Below, piece by piece: positions 27,989 to 38,106 of a stretch of 64,000 nt of DNA. The position numbers were made by a program, and so were the translations under genes. How positions within the stretch are numbered: position 1 is the first letter of the stretch; every line of letters starts with the position of its first letter. This DNA comes from Candidatus Obscuribacteraceae bacterium (GTDB taxonomy: Bacteria; Cyanobacteriota; Vampirovibrionia; Obscuribacterales; Obscuribacteraceae): the NCBI GenBank assembly GCA_044226015.1, contig JBGAHS010000001.1, forward strand, positions 224,001-288,000, written 5' to 3'. Under the pieces are notes generated by a model, which made no database searches, was not told the origin of the DNA, and was given only the letters and a program-made list of their open reading frames with translations.

Positions 27989-29605
27989 ATGAATTTGAAA
28001 AATGAAGGTAAGAAGGCGCAGAAAAAGTGGCTCGCATGCACTTTGCTGTCCTTGTCTCTTCCGACATTTGTATGCCCTGCATTTGCAGATGACCCAGTAT
28101 TCGGAGGGCAGAGCTGGTCGATTGTGCCTTCGGGTGATTCCTCAAGCTCATCAGCCCATAGTCAATCCGCTAGCCCCAAGGCAAGCCCTGTTGAGACAGG
28201 CGCTGTAGTGGAGAATGAGCGTCGCAGTCCGGCGGAAGAGGGCCAAGCCGGCAAGATGAAAGAGAATGTTTCGATCAATCCGGGTGGGCTGAAACCTATG
28301 CCTTTGCCGGGACTCGCACCGTCGCCAGTTGCTGCTCAGGGCATAAAACTTTATGGGCGTATAGAAGAACTTGCAAGCGGTGCTGGTGCGAAAATTCCTC
28401 TCAAGCTCGTAGCGATGAAGCCAATTAGAGATGCCAGTCTTGATGAAAAGCTTCAGGCAAAGGTTGAGAAAGATGTGCCGAAAGACCCCAAGTTAGTGGC
28501 GACAATTGCAGCGTCAGCCCGTCGGGAGGTGTCGTTTCCTTTCGACTATCGAGGAACCTGGTCTGGAGTTCTTACAGTTACCGATGTGAAATTTGATCCA
28601 CGTTTTTATGAGATCGACCGTGAAGAGGCCGAGAAGCAAGCACACATGATAGTTAGAGGACTGAATGGAAATTGTGCTGTCACCTTCTATCAAGGTCCAA
28701 ACAATAAAATTGCGGTAAAACCTACACAGGTTTATTTCAAGGTTCAAGATACTGTTGGTGAGCAAATGAAGATGATGCAAGGCTCACCTTTAGGTGCAAT
28801 GCTTGGAGCCTTTGGCGGTGATAACAGCGCCATGATGCAGAATATTCAAAATATGCCTATCTCTGTGCCGATCGCCATGCCGTTGGGTGCTACCGGTTCA
28901 GAGATGATGTCAAATACTGGTATTACAGGCGGTACTATAGATAATTCGCTGATGCGCAACAATCTTAAAGAACTCGCCAAGGGTGTAATGGAAAATGACA
29001 TCGTTACGAGAGATAAGGAAACTGGGCGTGATGGCAAAGTCAAAACAGGCTATACAGAGAGTGTTTTGCGTTTCACAAAGCAATCACCTACCCGACTCTT
29101 CATGCAGGCTGCTGCAGTTAGCTATGATGACGATGGTAATTTCTTGAACAAGGTTCTTCTTAGCGGCTCTATTGAAAAGGGCGCTCCTGTTGTGATTCCT
29201 TCTGCAGAAGTCGCTGGGATGACTATTCCTGCTGGTGCAGGTGGCGCTGGCGACGGTGGCATGGGGGCTATACAGCAGATGCTAGGAGGAGGCGGTGGCG
29301 GAGCCGGTGGTTTGGGAGCACTTCAGCAAATGTTAGGTGGTCAGGGTGGTAGCGCAGGCGGTGCCGGCGGGCTCGGAGCCCTCCAGCAGATGCTAGGTGG
29401 CCAAGGTGGAGGAGGCGGTGCTTCTGGCTTGGGAGCACTTCAGCAAATGATGGGCGGACAGGGCGGCAATGCTGGCTCGGGCGGCGGGCTTGGAGGATTG
29501 CAAAACTTGTTCGGCGGACAAGGGGGCGGAGGCTCTCTTGGGAATCAACTGCAGCAACAAGGAATGCAAGAGCAAGATGCCATTAAGCAACTTCTGCAAG
29601 AGTAG
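27989..29605 (+). CDS. Hypothetical secreted protein with Gly/Gln/Met-rich C-terminal repeats
   Basis: Signal peptide ending PAFA; repeated GGLGALQQMLGGQGG-like units; GAGG RBS before ATG 27989. Confidence 0.75.
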   Translation: MNLKNEGKKAQKKWLACTLLSLSLPTFVCPAFADDPVFGGQSWSIVPSGDSSSSSAHSQSASPKASPVETGAVVENERRSPAEEGQAGKMKENVSINPGGLKPMPLPGLAPSPVAAQGIKLYGRIEELASGAGAKIPLKLVAMKPIRDASLDEKLQAKVEKDVPKDPKLVATIAASARREVSFPFDYRGTWSGVLTVTDVKFDPRFYEIDREEAEKQAHMIVRGLNGNCAVTFYQGPNNKIAVKPTQVYFKVQDTVGEQMKMMQGSPLGAMLGAFGGDNSAMMQNIQNMPISVPIAMPLGATGSEMMSNTGITGGTIDNSLMRNNLKELAKGVMENDIVTRDKETGRDGKVKTGYTESVLRFTKQSPTRLFMQAAAVSYDDDGNFLNKVLLSGSIEKGAPVVIPSAEVAGMTIPAGAGGAGDGGMGAIQQMLGGGGGGAGGLGALQQMLGGQGGSAGGAGGLGALQQMLGGQGGGGGASGLGALQQMMGGQGGNAGSGGGLGGLQNLFGGQGGGGSLGNQLQQQGMQEQDAIKQLLQE

Positions 29606-29961
29606 ATAGTCCACTCGTCTTGCTTTATTTTGCTTCTTGGAAAAATGACAAGGGACCTCCTTACTTCATTTGATAAAGCAATTAGAGCTTGTGCTTGGCG
29701 AATAAATGCCTGCAAATGCGGCGCATCATTATAGTTCGCAAAAGTTTCGTATAACTTTCAGTGCAGACGCTCTGGAACTATTTTGATTACAAATGGGGAC
29801 AGTCTGTCTCTTGTTTGCAATTGCTGTAAAATGATGCGAGGAACAGTCTCTGTGATCTTGACAGCTTCACGGCATCTGGCTCATATTTGAACCCAATCCT
29901 AATGCTCCCATTTACAGTTAGAGTGCAAACTCATTCGCCCAGGTAGCTTTTCGGCTCACTA

Positions 29962-31356
29962 ATGCAAGTATTTTTTTTACAGCTTTTCATTCTTTTCTTG
30001 TGCGCAGCATTGAGTGCGTGCACTCATTCTGAGGAGAGTTCGGAAACTCGAGATAAGGCGGGTGAGGAAGCTCATGCTTCGTCCAATGGCGCAGGTTCTT
30101 TGACAGTTTCCTCCAATGTAGCTAAGCACATGCAATTTGCCGCGGAGAAAATAGAAAAGAGAGTGCTTGGTGAAGACTTGCACATGACGGGACGAATACG
30201 CCCTTACATTGGAAAAGAAGCGGACGTGGCACCGCGATTTTCCGGTCGTGTTCTTGAAGTGAATGTGAAACCTGGTCAGGCAGTGCATCAGGGTCAGGTA
30301 CTTGCTCTTATCGATAGCCATGAGCTTGCCAGTCTGCAAGGCGAATTAATTGAGGCGCAATCAAAGCTTCGAATCGCTGAAGCTCAGCAAGAGCGTGAGC
30401 GGCTAGTTTATGAAGAGAACATTCAACGACCCAAATCGCTTATCGAAGCGAAGACGCATTTCGAATCTACGAAGGTACATCTTGAACTAGTCGAATCTGA
30501 TCATAAAAGAATTGAGGGATTGTACAAAGCGAAAATTGCTGCGGCAAAAGACTTCTTGGCTGCTGCAGCGACTCTGGCAAAGGCTAAATTGGAGTTCAAA
30601 GAAGCGCAGACCCAGCTAGCCAGAGAAGAAAGCTTATATAAAAACAGGGCTCTGTTGCGTCGAGATTTGCAATTAGCTGAAGCCGAAACCCTTAAAGAAA
30701 AGAACCATTTTACGACACTTCAGCAACGTCTTGAGGTCTCAGGAATGGCAGCGGACATGATTAAGGCTCTGCTAAAAACCGGCAAGATAGTTATGACTTT
30801 GCCGATTCGCTCTGGTGTTGATGGCGTGGTTACTCATCAAGATGTTTCCGTTGGTGAACTCGTTGGACCCGATAAACACCTCTTCACTATCACTGACCTT
30901 TCAACGGTTGTGGTGATCGCAGACCTACCAGAGGTTGAGTCGAATGGAATTAAGATTGGTGACACAGTCAAAGTGCGAATTCCCAGCATGCCTGGAAAGG
31001 TTTTCACCGCAAAGATAAGCTGGATCAGTGACATGGTGAATGCGGAAACAAGAACTGTACCAATACGCGCCACTCTCGAAAATAAAGAGCGGAATTTCAA
31101 GATAAATATGTTTGCCGATATTGAATTACGTGCGCTACCACAGACGGTGCTCGCTTGTCCGAAGTCAGCTGTGCAAGACAAAGACGGCAATAAGATTGTT
31201 TTTGTTCAGGAAGGTGACCGGTACGTCGAGAAGCGTGTCGAATTAGGGCGAGACGACGAAAAATACAGTCAGATCATCTCAGGGCTGCAAGAGGGTGAAC
31301 AGGTTGTCACCACTGGGAGTCTGATGCTCAAGACGGAAATGTCTTACAAGAATTGA
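29962..31356 (+). CDS. CzcB/CusB-like heavy-metal efflux MFP
   Basis: LSAC lipobox, PRFSGRV, long coiled coil, ETRTVPIR and MFAD; directly upstream of the CzcA-like gene. Confidence 0.88.
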   Translation: MQVFFLQLFILFLCAALSACTHSEESSETRDKAGEEAHASSNGAGSLTVSSNVAKHMQFAAEKIEKRVLGEDLHMTGRIRPYIGKEADVAPRFSGRVLEVNVKPGQAVHQGQVLALIDSHELASLQGELIEAQSKLRIAEAQQERERLVYEENIQRPKSLIEAKTHFESTKVHLELVESDHKRIEGLYKAKIAAAKDFLAAAATLAKAKLEFKEAQTQLAREESLYKNRALLRRDLQLAEAETLKEKNHFTTLQQRLEVSGMAADMIKALLKTGKIVMTLPIRSGVDGVVTHQDVSVGELVGPDKHLFTITDLSTVVVIADLPEVESNGIKIGDTVKVRIPSMPGKVFTAKISWISDMVNAETRTVPIRATLENKERNFKINMFADIELRALPQTVLACPKSAVQDKDGNKIVFVQEGDRYVEKRVELGRDDEKYSQIISGLQEGEQVVTTGSLMLKTEMSYKN

Positions 31357-31366
31357 TGGTAAAAAC

Positions 31367-34300
31367 GTGATAGACAAGCTCATTACTGTAGCGATAGAGC
31401 AACGGCTGGCAACTGTAGGTGCTGTTTTCTTATTGATCGTTCTCGGTGTATGGGCAATTCTGAATCTGCCGATTGATTCTTTTCCCGACGTTAGCAATGT
31501 GCAAGTGCAAATCATCACTGAGCCTGAAACTATGGCTACGCAGGAAGTTGAGCAGCAGATTACTTTCCCAATTGAAAATGCTCTTAATGGGCTTCCGAAA
31601 GTCAAGCAGATTCGCTCTAATTCGAGCTTCGGTCTTTCGGTCGTTACGGCAATTTTTGATGATGATACTGATGTTTACTTTGCACGCCAGTTGGTGCAAC
31701 AGCGACTGTCTCAAATGGATTTGCCCGAAGGTGCACCAAAATCAATTCTGGGTCCAGTGGTTTCAAGCTTCAGTCAGGTTTACATGTATTACCTTGAGAG
31801 TAATACTTTAGACCTCACTCAGCTACGAACTTTGCAAGATTGGGTTGTTGCACGGAGGCTCAAGGCTGTTCCAGGCGTTGGAAACGTCGTGTCGTATGGG
31901 GGTTATGTCAAAGAGTATCAAGTACTCGTCGACCCCGTGAAACTGCGGGCGTATGGGTTAACCGTGCGCGATGTAAGCACAGCCCTGCCAGCCAATAATT
32001 TGAATGCAGGCGGAAATTTTATCGAACAAGCTGGACAGGAAATCATCATTCGTGGTCTGGGACGCATTGAATCTACTCAAGACATTGAGGAAATAATTCT
32101 CAAGTCAGTAAATGGAACGCCAATAACAGTAGGTAAGGTAGCTGAAGTTGCTCTGGGAAAACAGTTTCGCCGGGGCGCTGCTTCGATGGATGGTCACGGC
32201 GAAGCGGTGACCGGCTATGTACTTACAAGGAAGGGTGTTAATACCAAGTCAGTTGTGGAAAAGGTTCGAGAGCGCATCAAGGAGATCAAAAAAGACCTGC
32301 CTGAGGGCGTCTCGATGCATCCTTATTACGATCAGAGTGAGCTTGTTGAGAAAACCATCGATACGGTAAAAGAGATTCTCTCAGTTGGTAGTGCTCTGGT
32401 GATAATCGTTCTGTTTGCAGTTTTGCTGGATATTCCAGCAGCTCTGATTGTCGCTGTCGTAATACCGCTGTCATTGTTGTTTAGTTTTTTCATGATGAAA
32501 ATGACCGGACTCAGTGGAAACTTGATGACTCTGGGCGCTGTGGATTTCGGGGTTGTCGTTGATGCTGCCGTAGTGGTCGTAGAAAACTGTTTCCGCCATC
32601 TAGTCAATGCTCATGAGCAAGCTGAAAAGCGAGGCGCGAAAGTTGATGCTAAACAAGTTCGTGCGATCATCATGAAAGCAACGAAGGAAGTTGGTCGACC
32701 CATTGTTTTTGCCATCTTTATTATTGTCTCTGTTTATGTTCCGCTCTTCACACTCGAAGGTGTTGAAGGCAAGATGTTCAGTCCGCTTGCACTCAACTTC
32801 ATCTATGCATTGCTGGGCGCTCTGGTGCTTGCAATCACGATAATTCCAGTGCTCTGCACCTGGTTTATGCGTGGGAAAATCGTCGAAAGGCATAATCCGA
32901 TAATTTCGTTTGCGCATAACCTTCATGAGCCGGCTTTGAAGTTCGCTCTTGCAAAACCTATCATGATCACTATTATTGCCAGCGCCATCATGGTGGCAAG
33001 TTTCTTTATAGTTCCTTTTCTTGGTTCTGAATTTATTCCCACGCTTGATGAAGGTTCAATTTTATTGCGAACGAAATTGAATCCAGCGGTGTCACTCGTG
33101 GAGTCGGAAAGAATTGCAACGCAAATTGAACGCATTATCAAGGAATTTCCCGAAGTGACCGTGGTTGTGTCGAAGATAGGTCGCTCTGGCATGGGCTCAG
33201 ACCTTGAAGGAGTGGATAATGCAGATGTGTTCATCGGACTAAAACCGAAAAGTGAGTGGAAGTCTGCTCATGAAAAAGAAGCGTTGGTGAACATGATGGC
33301 AGAGCGCCTGAACCACGTGCCCGGTCTTGTTTACAGCTTCTCCCAACCAATTGCAGATATGATTGATGACCTGATTTCAGGCATCAAAGCTGACCTCGGC
33401 ATCAAGATATTTGGAGACAATGCAATTGAAATAGATGCAATTGCAGATCAGGTGCAGAAAATAGTTTCTGAAACTCGTGGTTCAGCTGATGTGCAGAGAG
33501 AGAGAATTCTCGGACTCCCGCAGTTGAACATAAAATTGAAGCGCCGGGAGATTGCCAGATACGGCATCAATGTTGACGACGTTCAAGAACTTATCAGCAC
33601 TGCGGTAGCTGGACGTGTAGTCACCGAGGTGCTTGAAGACACGAAGCGATTTGGCTTGCTTGTCCGCTTCCCAAAAAGATTCCGCGACTCAGAGGAAGAT
33701 CTTGAGCGACTCAATGTTTCTTCTCCAAACGGAGCCCTGATTCCGCTAAAGGCGCTTGCTGACCTTAGAATTGAAGATGGTATGGTGATGATAAATCGCG
33801 AGGACGGTCAACGCAGAACTGCTGTACTGGCAAATGTTCGTGGGCGCGATTTAGGTTCATTCGTTGAGGCCGTTCGTGCGCGGGTCAACAAAGAAGTCAA
33901 ATTAGACAAGGGCTATCATATTGTTTATGGCGGTCAGTTTGAGAATCAGCAGCGGGCAATGGCTCGGTTCGCTATCGTTGTTCCTGCTGTATTGTTGCTG
34001 ATTTTTGTACTTCTTTTCGCTTCCTTTAATTCCCTGAAAAATGCCGCGCTTATCATGCTGAATGTGCCTTTCGGAATAATTGGTGGCATCGTGGCACTCT
34101 ATGTTTCTCAGCAGACACTCTCAGTGCCAGCAATCATTGGTTTTATCGCATTGTCAGGGGTGGCTGTTCAAAATGGTGTGATTTTGGTCAGCTACATCAT
34201 GCAGCTGCAACGGCGCGGCGAGCGCCTTGAGGATGCGATTGCCGAGGGTACTCGCGTGCGACTGAGACCCGTCTTGATGACAGCCCTTGTCGCCATAGTT

Positions 34301-34504
34301 GGATTGCTCCCTAAAGTGTTTTCCCACGGCACGGGTGCCGAGGTTCAGCGACCGCTAGCTACAGTAATTCTGGGTGGATTGATCACGGCAACGCTTTTGA
34401 CCCTGGTTGTTTTGCCAGCATTCTATAAGCTTGTAAATAAGAACGATGATCTGAGCCATCCTCCGGAGATTCGCCCGGCTGATGAGGATTCCGAGTCTGC
34501 TTGA
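31367..34504 (+). CDS. czcA: CzcA/CusA family heavy-metal RND permease
   Basis: LPIDSFPDVSNVQVQI, GAVDFGVVVDAAVVVVEN, GSEFIPTLDEG and GAEVQRPLATVILGGL. Confidence 0.92.
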   Translation: MIDKLITVAIEQRLATVGAVFLLIVLGVWAILNLPIDSFPDVSNVQVQIITEPETMATQEVEQQITFPIENALNGLPKVKQIRSNSSFGLSVVTAIFDDDTDVYFARQLVQQRLSQMDLPEGAPKSILGPVVSSFSQVYMYYLESNTLDLTQLRTLQDWVVARRLKAVPGVGNVVSYGGYVKEYQVLVDPVKLRAYGLTVRDVSTALPANNLNAGGNFIEQAGQEIIIRGLGRIESTQDIEEIILKSVNGTPITVGKVAEVALGKQFRRGAASMDGHGEAVTGYVLTRKGVNTKSVVEKVRERIKEIKKDLPEGVSMHPYYDQSELVEKTIDTVKEILSVGSALVIIVLFAVLLDIPAALIVAVVIPLSLLFSFFMMKMTGLSGNLMTLGAVDFGVVVDAAVVVVENCFRHLVNAHEQAEKRGAKVDAKQVRAIIMKATKEVGRPIVFAIFIIVSVYVPLFTLEGVEGKMFSPLALNFIYALLGALVLAITIIPVLCTWFMRGKIVERHNPIISFAHNLHEPALKFALAKPIMITIIASAIMVASFFIVPFLGSEFIPTLDEGSILLRTKLNPAVSLVESERIATQIERIIKEFPEVTVVVSKIGRSGMGSDLEGVDNADVFIGLKPKSEWKSAHEKEALVNMMAERLNHVPGLVYSFSQPIADMIDDLISGIKADLGIKIFGDNAIEIDAIADQVQKIVSETRGSADVQRERILGLPQLNIKLKRREIARYGINVDDVQELISTAVAGRVVTEVLEDTKRFGLLVRFPKRFRDSEEDLERLNVSSPNGALIPLKALADLRIEDGMVMINREDGQRRTAVLANVRGRDLGSFVEAVRARVNKEVKLDKGYHIVYGGQFENQQRAMARFAIVVPAVLLLIFVLLFASFNSLKNAALIMLNVPFGIIGGIVALYVSQQTLSVPAIIGFIALSGVAVQNGVILVSYIMQLQRRGERLEDAIAEGTRVRLRPVLMTALVAIVGLLPKVFSHGTGAEVQRPLATVILGGLITATLLTLVVLPAFYKLVNKNDDLSHPPEIRPADEDSESA

Positions 34505-34650
34505 CTTGCGATTCCTTGAGGGCAGGTCTTGACTCTGCATCTACCGAGCTTGTAGGGACTCGGGGCTCGTCTTGACTCTGCATCTACGGATTTTGTGGGA
34601 CCTCGGGGACAGTCTTGATTCAGCAATCTGTTGAGCTTGCGATTCCTTGC
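34505..34650. repeat. Degenerate 43-bp tandem repeat
   Basis: GTCTTGA(C/T)TC starts at 34526, 34569 and 34612; CTTGCGATTCCTTG occurs at both ends. Confidence 0.75.
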
Positions 34651-34794
34651 GGTGCCTTCCTTAACATCGGTTAAAAGAATATTGTTAATGGAACCTACTG
34701 AGATCCATCATCGTCTGGCCGCCAGTGTAGAATGATTCCCAGGGTTCATTCTGGGATCTTGTTTATTGTGCCAGAAATGCTGAGGTGCCTGCGC

Positions 34795-36030
34795 ATGCAG
34801 CCAAAATTTAGATTTCCATTAGCTGTTCTTATTTCAATTTCTTTTCTTCTCGGCGGCATCGCGCAGCAAGGCGTTTTTGCTACTGATTTCAAATCGCTTA
34901 ACTTTTCCCCAAATACCATCGCAGATATAGCTGAGAAAGCCAGCCCTGCGGTGGTCCATTTGGAAATGCAGCATAAGATCAAACAAGCTCAATTCGGTGG
35001 TTTTCCTATCACCGAATTTTATTTCAATGGTCAGAAAGTCACTCCTGAAGATGATTCTTCGTCAAAAAATGATTCTTCGTCAAAAAGTGATTCTGGCAGT
35101 GACGACAAGAGCAAAAATGCTGCACCGAATGCGACACCAAAGACCGGAGCCGGAAGCAAGCCGAAGGGCTTCACTACACCAATGCGAACTGGGGAAATCG
35201 CCACTGGTTTTATCATTCGTCCTGAAGGTTATATCGTCACCAATTTTCACGCAGTGACCGGGCAAGATCGCATCAAGGTCACGCTCTGGGACAAACGCGT
35301 TTTTGACGGAACGATAGTTGGAATAGACCCATTTTCAGATCTTGCTGTAGTGAAAATCGATGCTAAAGATTTGCCGACCCTGAGCTTTGGAAGCTCATCA
35401 GCTCTGCGTCCTGGTGAATTCTCTGTCGCAATTGGCTCTCCATTGAACGAAGATCACTCTGTCACCTTTGGTATCATTTCTGCTGTAGGACGAAATGAGA
35501 GAGATGTGAATGGAAATATCAATTTCATTCAAACTGATACTGCTATCAATCCTGGTAATTCCGGTGGACCGCTTCTGAATCTGAATGGAGAAGTAGTTGG
35601 AGTCAACACCGCCATTCGTCCGATGGCGCAAAACATCGCCTATTCCATTCCTGCAGATGTAGCAAAGGCTGTAGCTGAAGAATTGATTGAGAAGGGAAAA
35701 ATTGACCGTCCCTGGCTTGGGGTCGTCATGTCCGAGCTGGAAGAGGGCTATCTCAAAGGCGTAGAGCTTCCCGCAGACACCAAAGGCGTGCTAATTCGCG
35801 ATTTTGTGCAGGGTAGTCCCGGCCAAGCTTCTGGGCTCATAAAAGGTGACATCATCCAGAAGATTGACAATAAAGCGATGGCGTTGCCCAAAGACGTGAA
35901 AGACTATGTGCAAAGTCGCAAGTCTGGCGATGTTCTCCAATTCAATATTCTGCGCAACAAGGCAAGTCAGAATATTTCTGTGAGCGTTGGTACTTATCCA
36001 AAAGAGGCGGGTGCTCCGCGAAGACGATAG
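34795..36030 (+). CDS. htrA: HtrA/DegP family serine protease with PDZ domain
   Basis: IVTNFHAV, SDLAVVKI and IQTDTAINPGNSGGPL catalytic triad motifs; C-terminal PDZ; start uncertain. Confidence 0.93.
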   Translation: MQPKFRFPLAVLISISFLLGGIAQQGVFATDFKSLNFSPNTIADIAEKASPAVVHLEMQHKIKQAQFGGFPITEFYFNGQKVTPEDDSSSKNDSSSKSDSGSDDKSKNAAPNATPKTGAGSKPKGFTTPMRTGEIATGFIIRPEGYIVTNFHAVTGQDRIKVTLWDKRVFDGTIVGIDPFSDLAVVKIDAKDLPTLSFGSSSALRPGEFSVAIGSPLNEDHSVTFGIISAVGRNERDVNGNINFIQTDTAINPGNSGGPLLNLNGEVVGVNTAIRPMAQNIAYSIPADVAKAVAEELIEKGKIDRPWLGVVMSELEEGYLKGVELPADTKGVLIRDFVQGSPGQASGLIKGDIIQKIDNKAMALPKDVKDYVQSRKSGDVLQFNILRNKASQNISVSVGTYPKEAGAPRRR

Positions 36031-36040
36031 TTCAAGCGAG

Positions 36041-36071
36041 AGGCAGCCACTGGCTGCCTTTCATTTTTTTT
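36041..36071 (+). terminator. Probable terminator after htrA
   Basis: AGGCAGCC-act-GGCTGCCT followed by a T-rich tract. Confidence 0.6.
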
Positions 36072-36092
36072 GAAGTGAATAAAGGAGTGAAA

Positions 36093-38099
36093 ATGAAATC
36101 TGGCTATAAGTTCGCAGCGGTGCTGGGCAAAAGTGAAATACTGCTCTCAGCTCTAGCGGCATTGATGTTGGGCAATTTTTCCAGCAGCATGGCAGCTTCG
36201 GATAAATTGTTAGATTTGCCGCCTGCGAAAATAAAGCTGCATTCTCCACTAGTGACTGGCAATGGATTTGGTTATGCCGTAGTGGCGAGTAATGGTGATT
36301 TAACTCGGTTTTACGCTCATCCCTATCGATATGAAAAAGCAAATCCAGACCCTAGCAAAGACGGCTACACCACAGCCAATTTTTTCAAAAAGCTCTCTTG
36401 GTCTGGACAGAAACCAGCTAATAAGCCCGAACAATTGGGCTATATAAATGAGTCGCATGTTGTTCAAATCAAATCAGATAAAGGTGAATTTGAATATTTC
36501 TCACCGTTTCAGCTGAAGCACAACGTCTTGATTGCTGTTAGCCGTACTGGCGAAGAAGATAACCATGATGCTGTTCTCAATGCCGCATGGTTGCATGCTG
36601 TCCAATCTGATGAGCTTGTAAAAGTTCAAAATCGAAACGTGCGTTTGCTCAAGTTCAAAGATGTGAAAGAAATGCTCGTTGTAGTTCCGCTGGAAGAAAA
36701 AGCAGCGCCAGATTTGAAGACAAAGTCAAATTCAATAAGAGGCGGAGTCACGGCTTTTCTGGTGCTTGAGAAGAAAGATGACTTGCAAAAATCGGTAGCA
36801 GACATTCTGAAATGGAAAGCCGATTTGTCAGGCACGAAGCTTATTGAACGTGAGATAAAAAATCTCGAGGCATGGCGTGTCAAGCCGAATGTGACGTTCA
36901 AGAATGATGCTGAGAAAAAACTATGGCGCCAAAACGAGACCATCTTCAAGATGTCGCAAATTCTTGAGGAAAACAATGCGAAGCGATGCAATCATGGATT
37001 GATGCTAGCGTGTTTGCCTGATGGAGTTTGGTTCACGCCCTGGGTCCGTGACATGTCCTATGCACTGGTGGGTCTAAGCCAAATGGGACATTTGAAAGAA
37101 GCTCGCCTGGGCATCATGTCCTGGATGAATGCGCATCCTATGGCGCTCTGGAAAAAGGAAACTAGAAACCAGGATTATCAAATCTCAGTAGTGAGATATT
37201 ACGGTGATGGTTCAGAGGAAGCGGATTACTCTGGTTTGAGTACGCCAAATGTTGAGTTCGATGACTGGGGGCTCGCTCTCTGGGCGATTGGAGAGTACTG
37301 GGATGCGTCGCACGACAAGACATTGTTGAATGAGAAAACTTATCGCGGTAACACCGTGTATGAATCTATGCGTGATTTCATAGTGAAGCCCTTGTTGGTA
37401 AATACCGACCCTTACAAGGATGGCATCATTGTTCAGAAGGATTCTTCTTGTTGGGAAGAACACCAGGAGCACAAGAGGCATTATTCATTTTCAACCATTA
37501 CTGCAATTCCTGGACTTCAGGCTTTTGCTAAAATTGCTCGCGAAATGAAAGATGAGAAAAGTGCCAAAATGGTGGATGAAAAAATCAAAGCACTTCAAAA
37601 GGGATTTCGTTCAGCTTTCATAGCTGACGGCGCTGTTCGTGGTTTGTTGGAAGTGAACGAGCAACCGAAAACAAAGGTGGACGGCTCTTCACTCGAAGCT
37701 GTGAATTTTGGATTATTAGATGTCCACAATCCTGCTGATCTGAAGATTATCAATAAAACTATTGATAATCTATCTGCGATCAAGACTGCGTCTGGCGGGT
37801 ATAAGCGAAATACTGGACCCAGCAACTATGAAGCTCACGAGTTTCTCTTTGTTGATTTTGCTCTTGCTCGGTCGCTGCAAAAAATGGGTAGAAATGAGGA
37901 AGCCGCGAAGATGTTTGATTGGCTGATTCAAAAATCTATTTTGGATCACGGGTTAATTGCTGAAATGTACGTATCAGAGCTAAACAAAGATTGTCCTGGT
38001 GAAATTGGTGACCCTGCTGGTGCAATTCCGATGGTTGGCTATGGCGCCGGTTTGTTCACAATGACCTTAGAAGAGCGAGAACACCAGAAGAAGAAATAA
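36093..38099 (+). CDS. Secreted six-hairpin glycosidase, GH15/glucoamylase-like
   Basis: WVRDMSY, EFDDWGLALW, CWEE and GLIAE motifs; signal peptide; AAGGAG RBS. Confidence 0.7.
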   Translation: MKSGYKFAAVLGKSEILLSALAALMLGNFSSSMAASDKLLDLPPAKIKLHSPLVTGNGFGYAVVASNGDLTRFYAHPYRYEKANPDPSKDGYTTANFFKKLSWSGQKPANKPEQLGYINESHVVQIKSDKGEFEYFSPFQLKHNVLIAVSRTGEEDNHDAVLNAAWLHAVQSDELVKVQNRNVRLLKFKDVKEMLVVVPLEEKAAPDLKTKSNSIRGGVTAFLVLEKKDDLQKSVADILKWKADLSGTKLIEREIKNLEAWRVKPNVTFKNDAEKKLWRQNETIFKMSQILEENNAKRCNHGLMLACLPDGVWFTPWVRDMSYALVGLSQMGHLKEARLGIMSWMNAHPMALWKKETRNQDYQISVVRYYGDGSEEADYSGLSTPNVEFDDWGLALWAIGEYWDASHDKTLLNEKTYRGNTVYESMRDFIVKPLLVNTDPYKDGIIVQKDSSCWEEHQEHKRHYSFSTITAIPGLQAFAKIAREMKDEKSAKMVDEKIKALQKGFRSAFIADGAVRGLLEVNEQPKTKVDGSSLEAVNFGLLDVHNPADLKIINKTIDNLSAIKTASGGYKRNTGPSNYEAHEFLFVDFALARSLQKMGRNEEAAKMFDWLIQKSILDHGLIAEMYVSELNKDCPGEIGDPAGAIPMVGYGAGLFTMTLEEREHQKKK

Positions 38100-38106
38100 A
38101 GGTGCT

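Noticed and set aside
35051..35095. 18-bp duplication in htrA (DDSSSKNDSSSKSDS)
   Set aside because: Ordinary low-complexity linker slippage.
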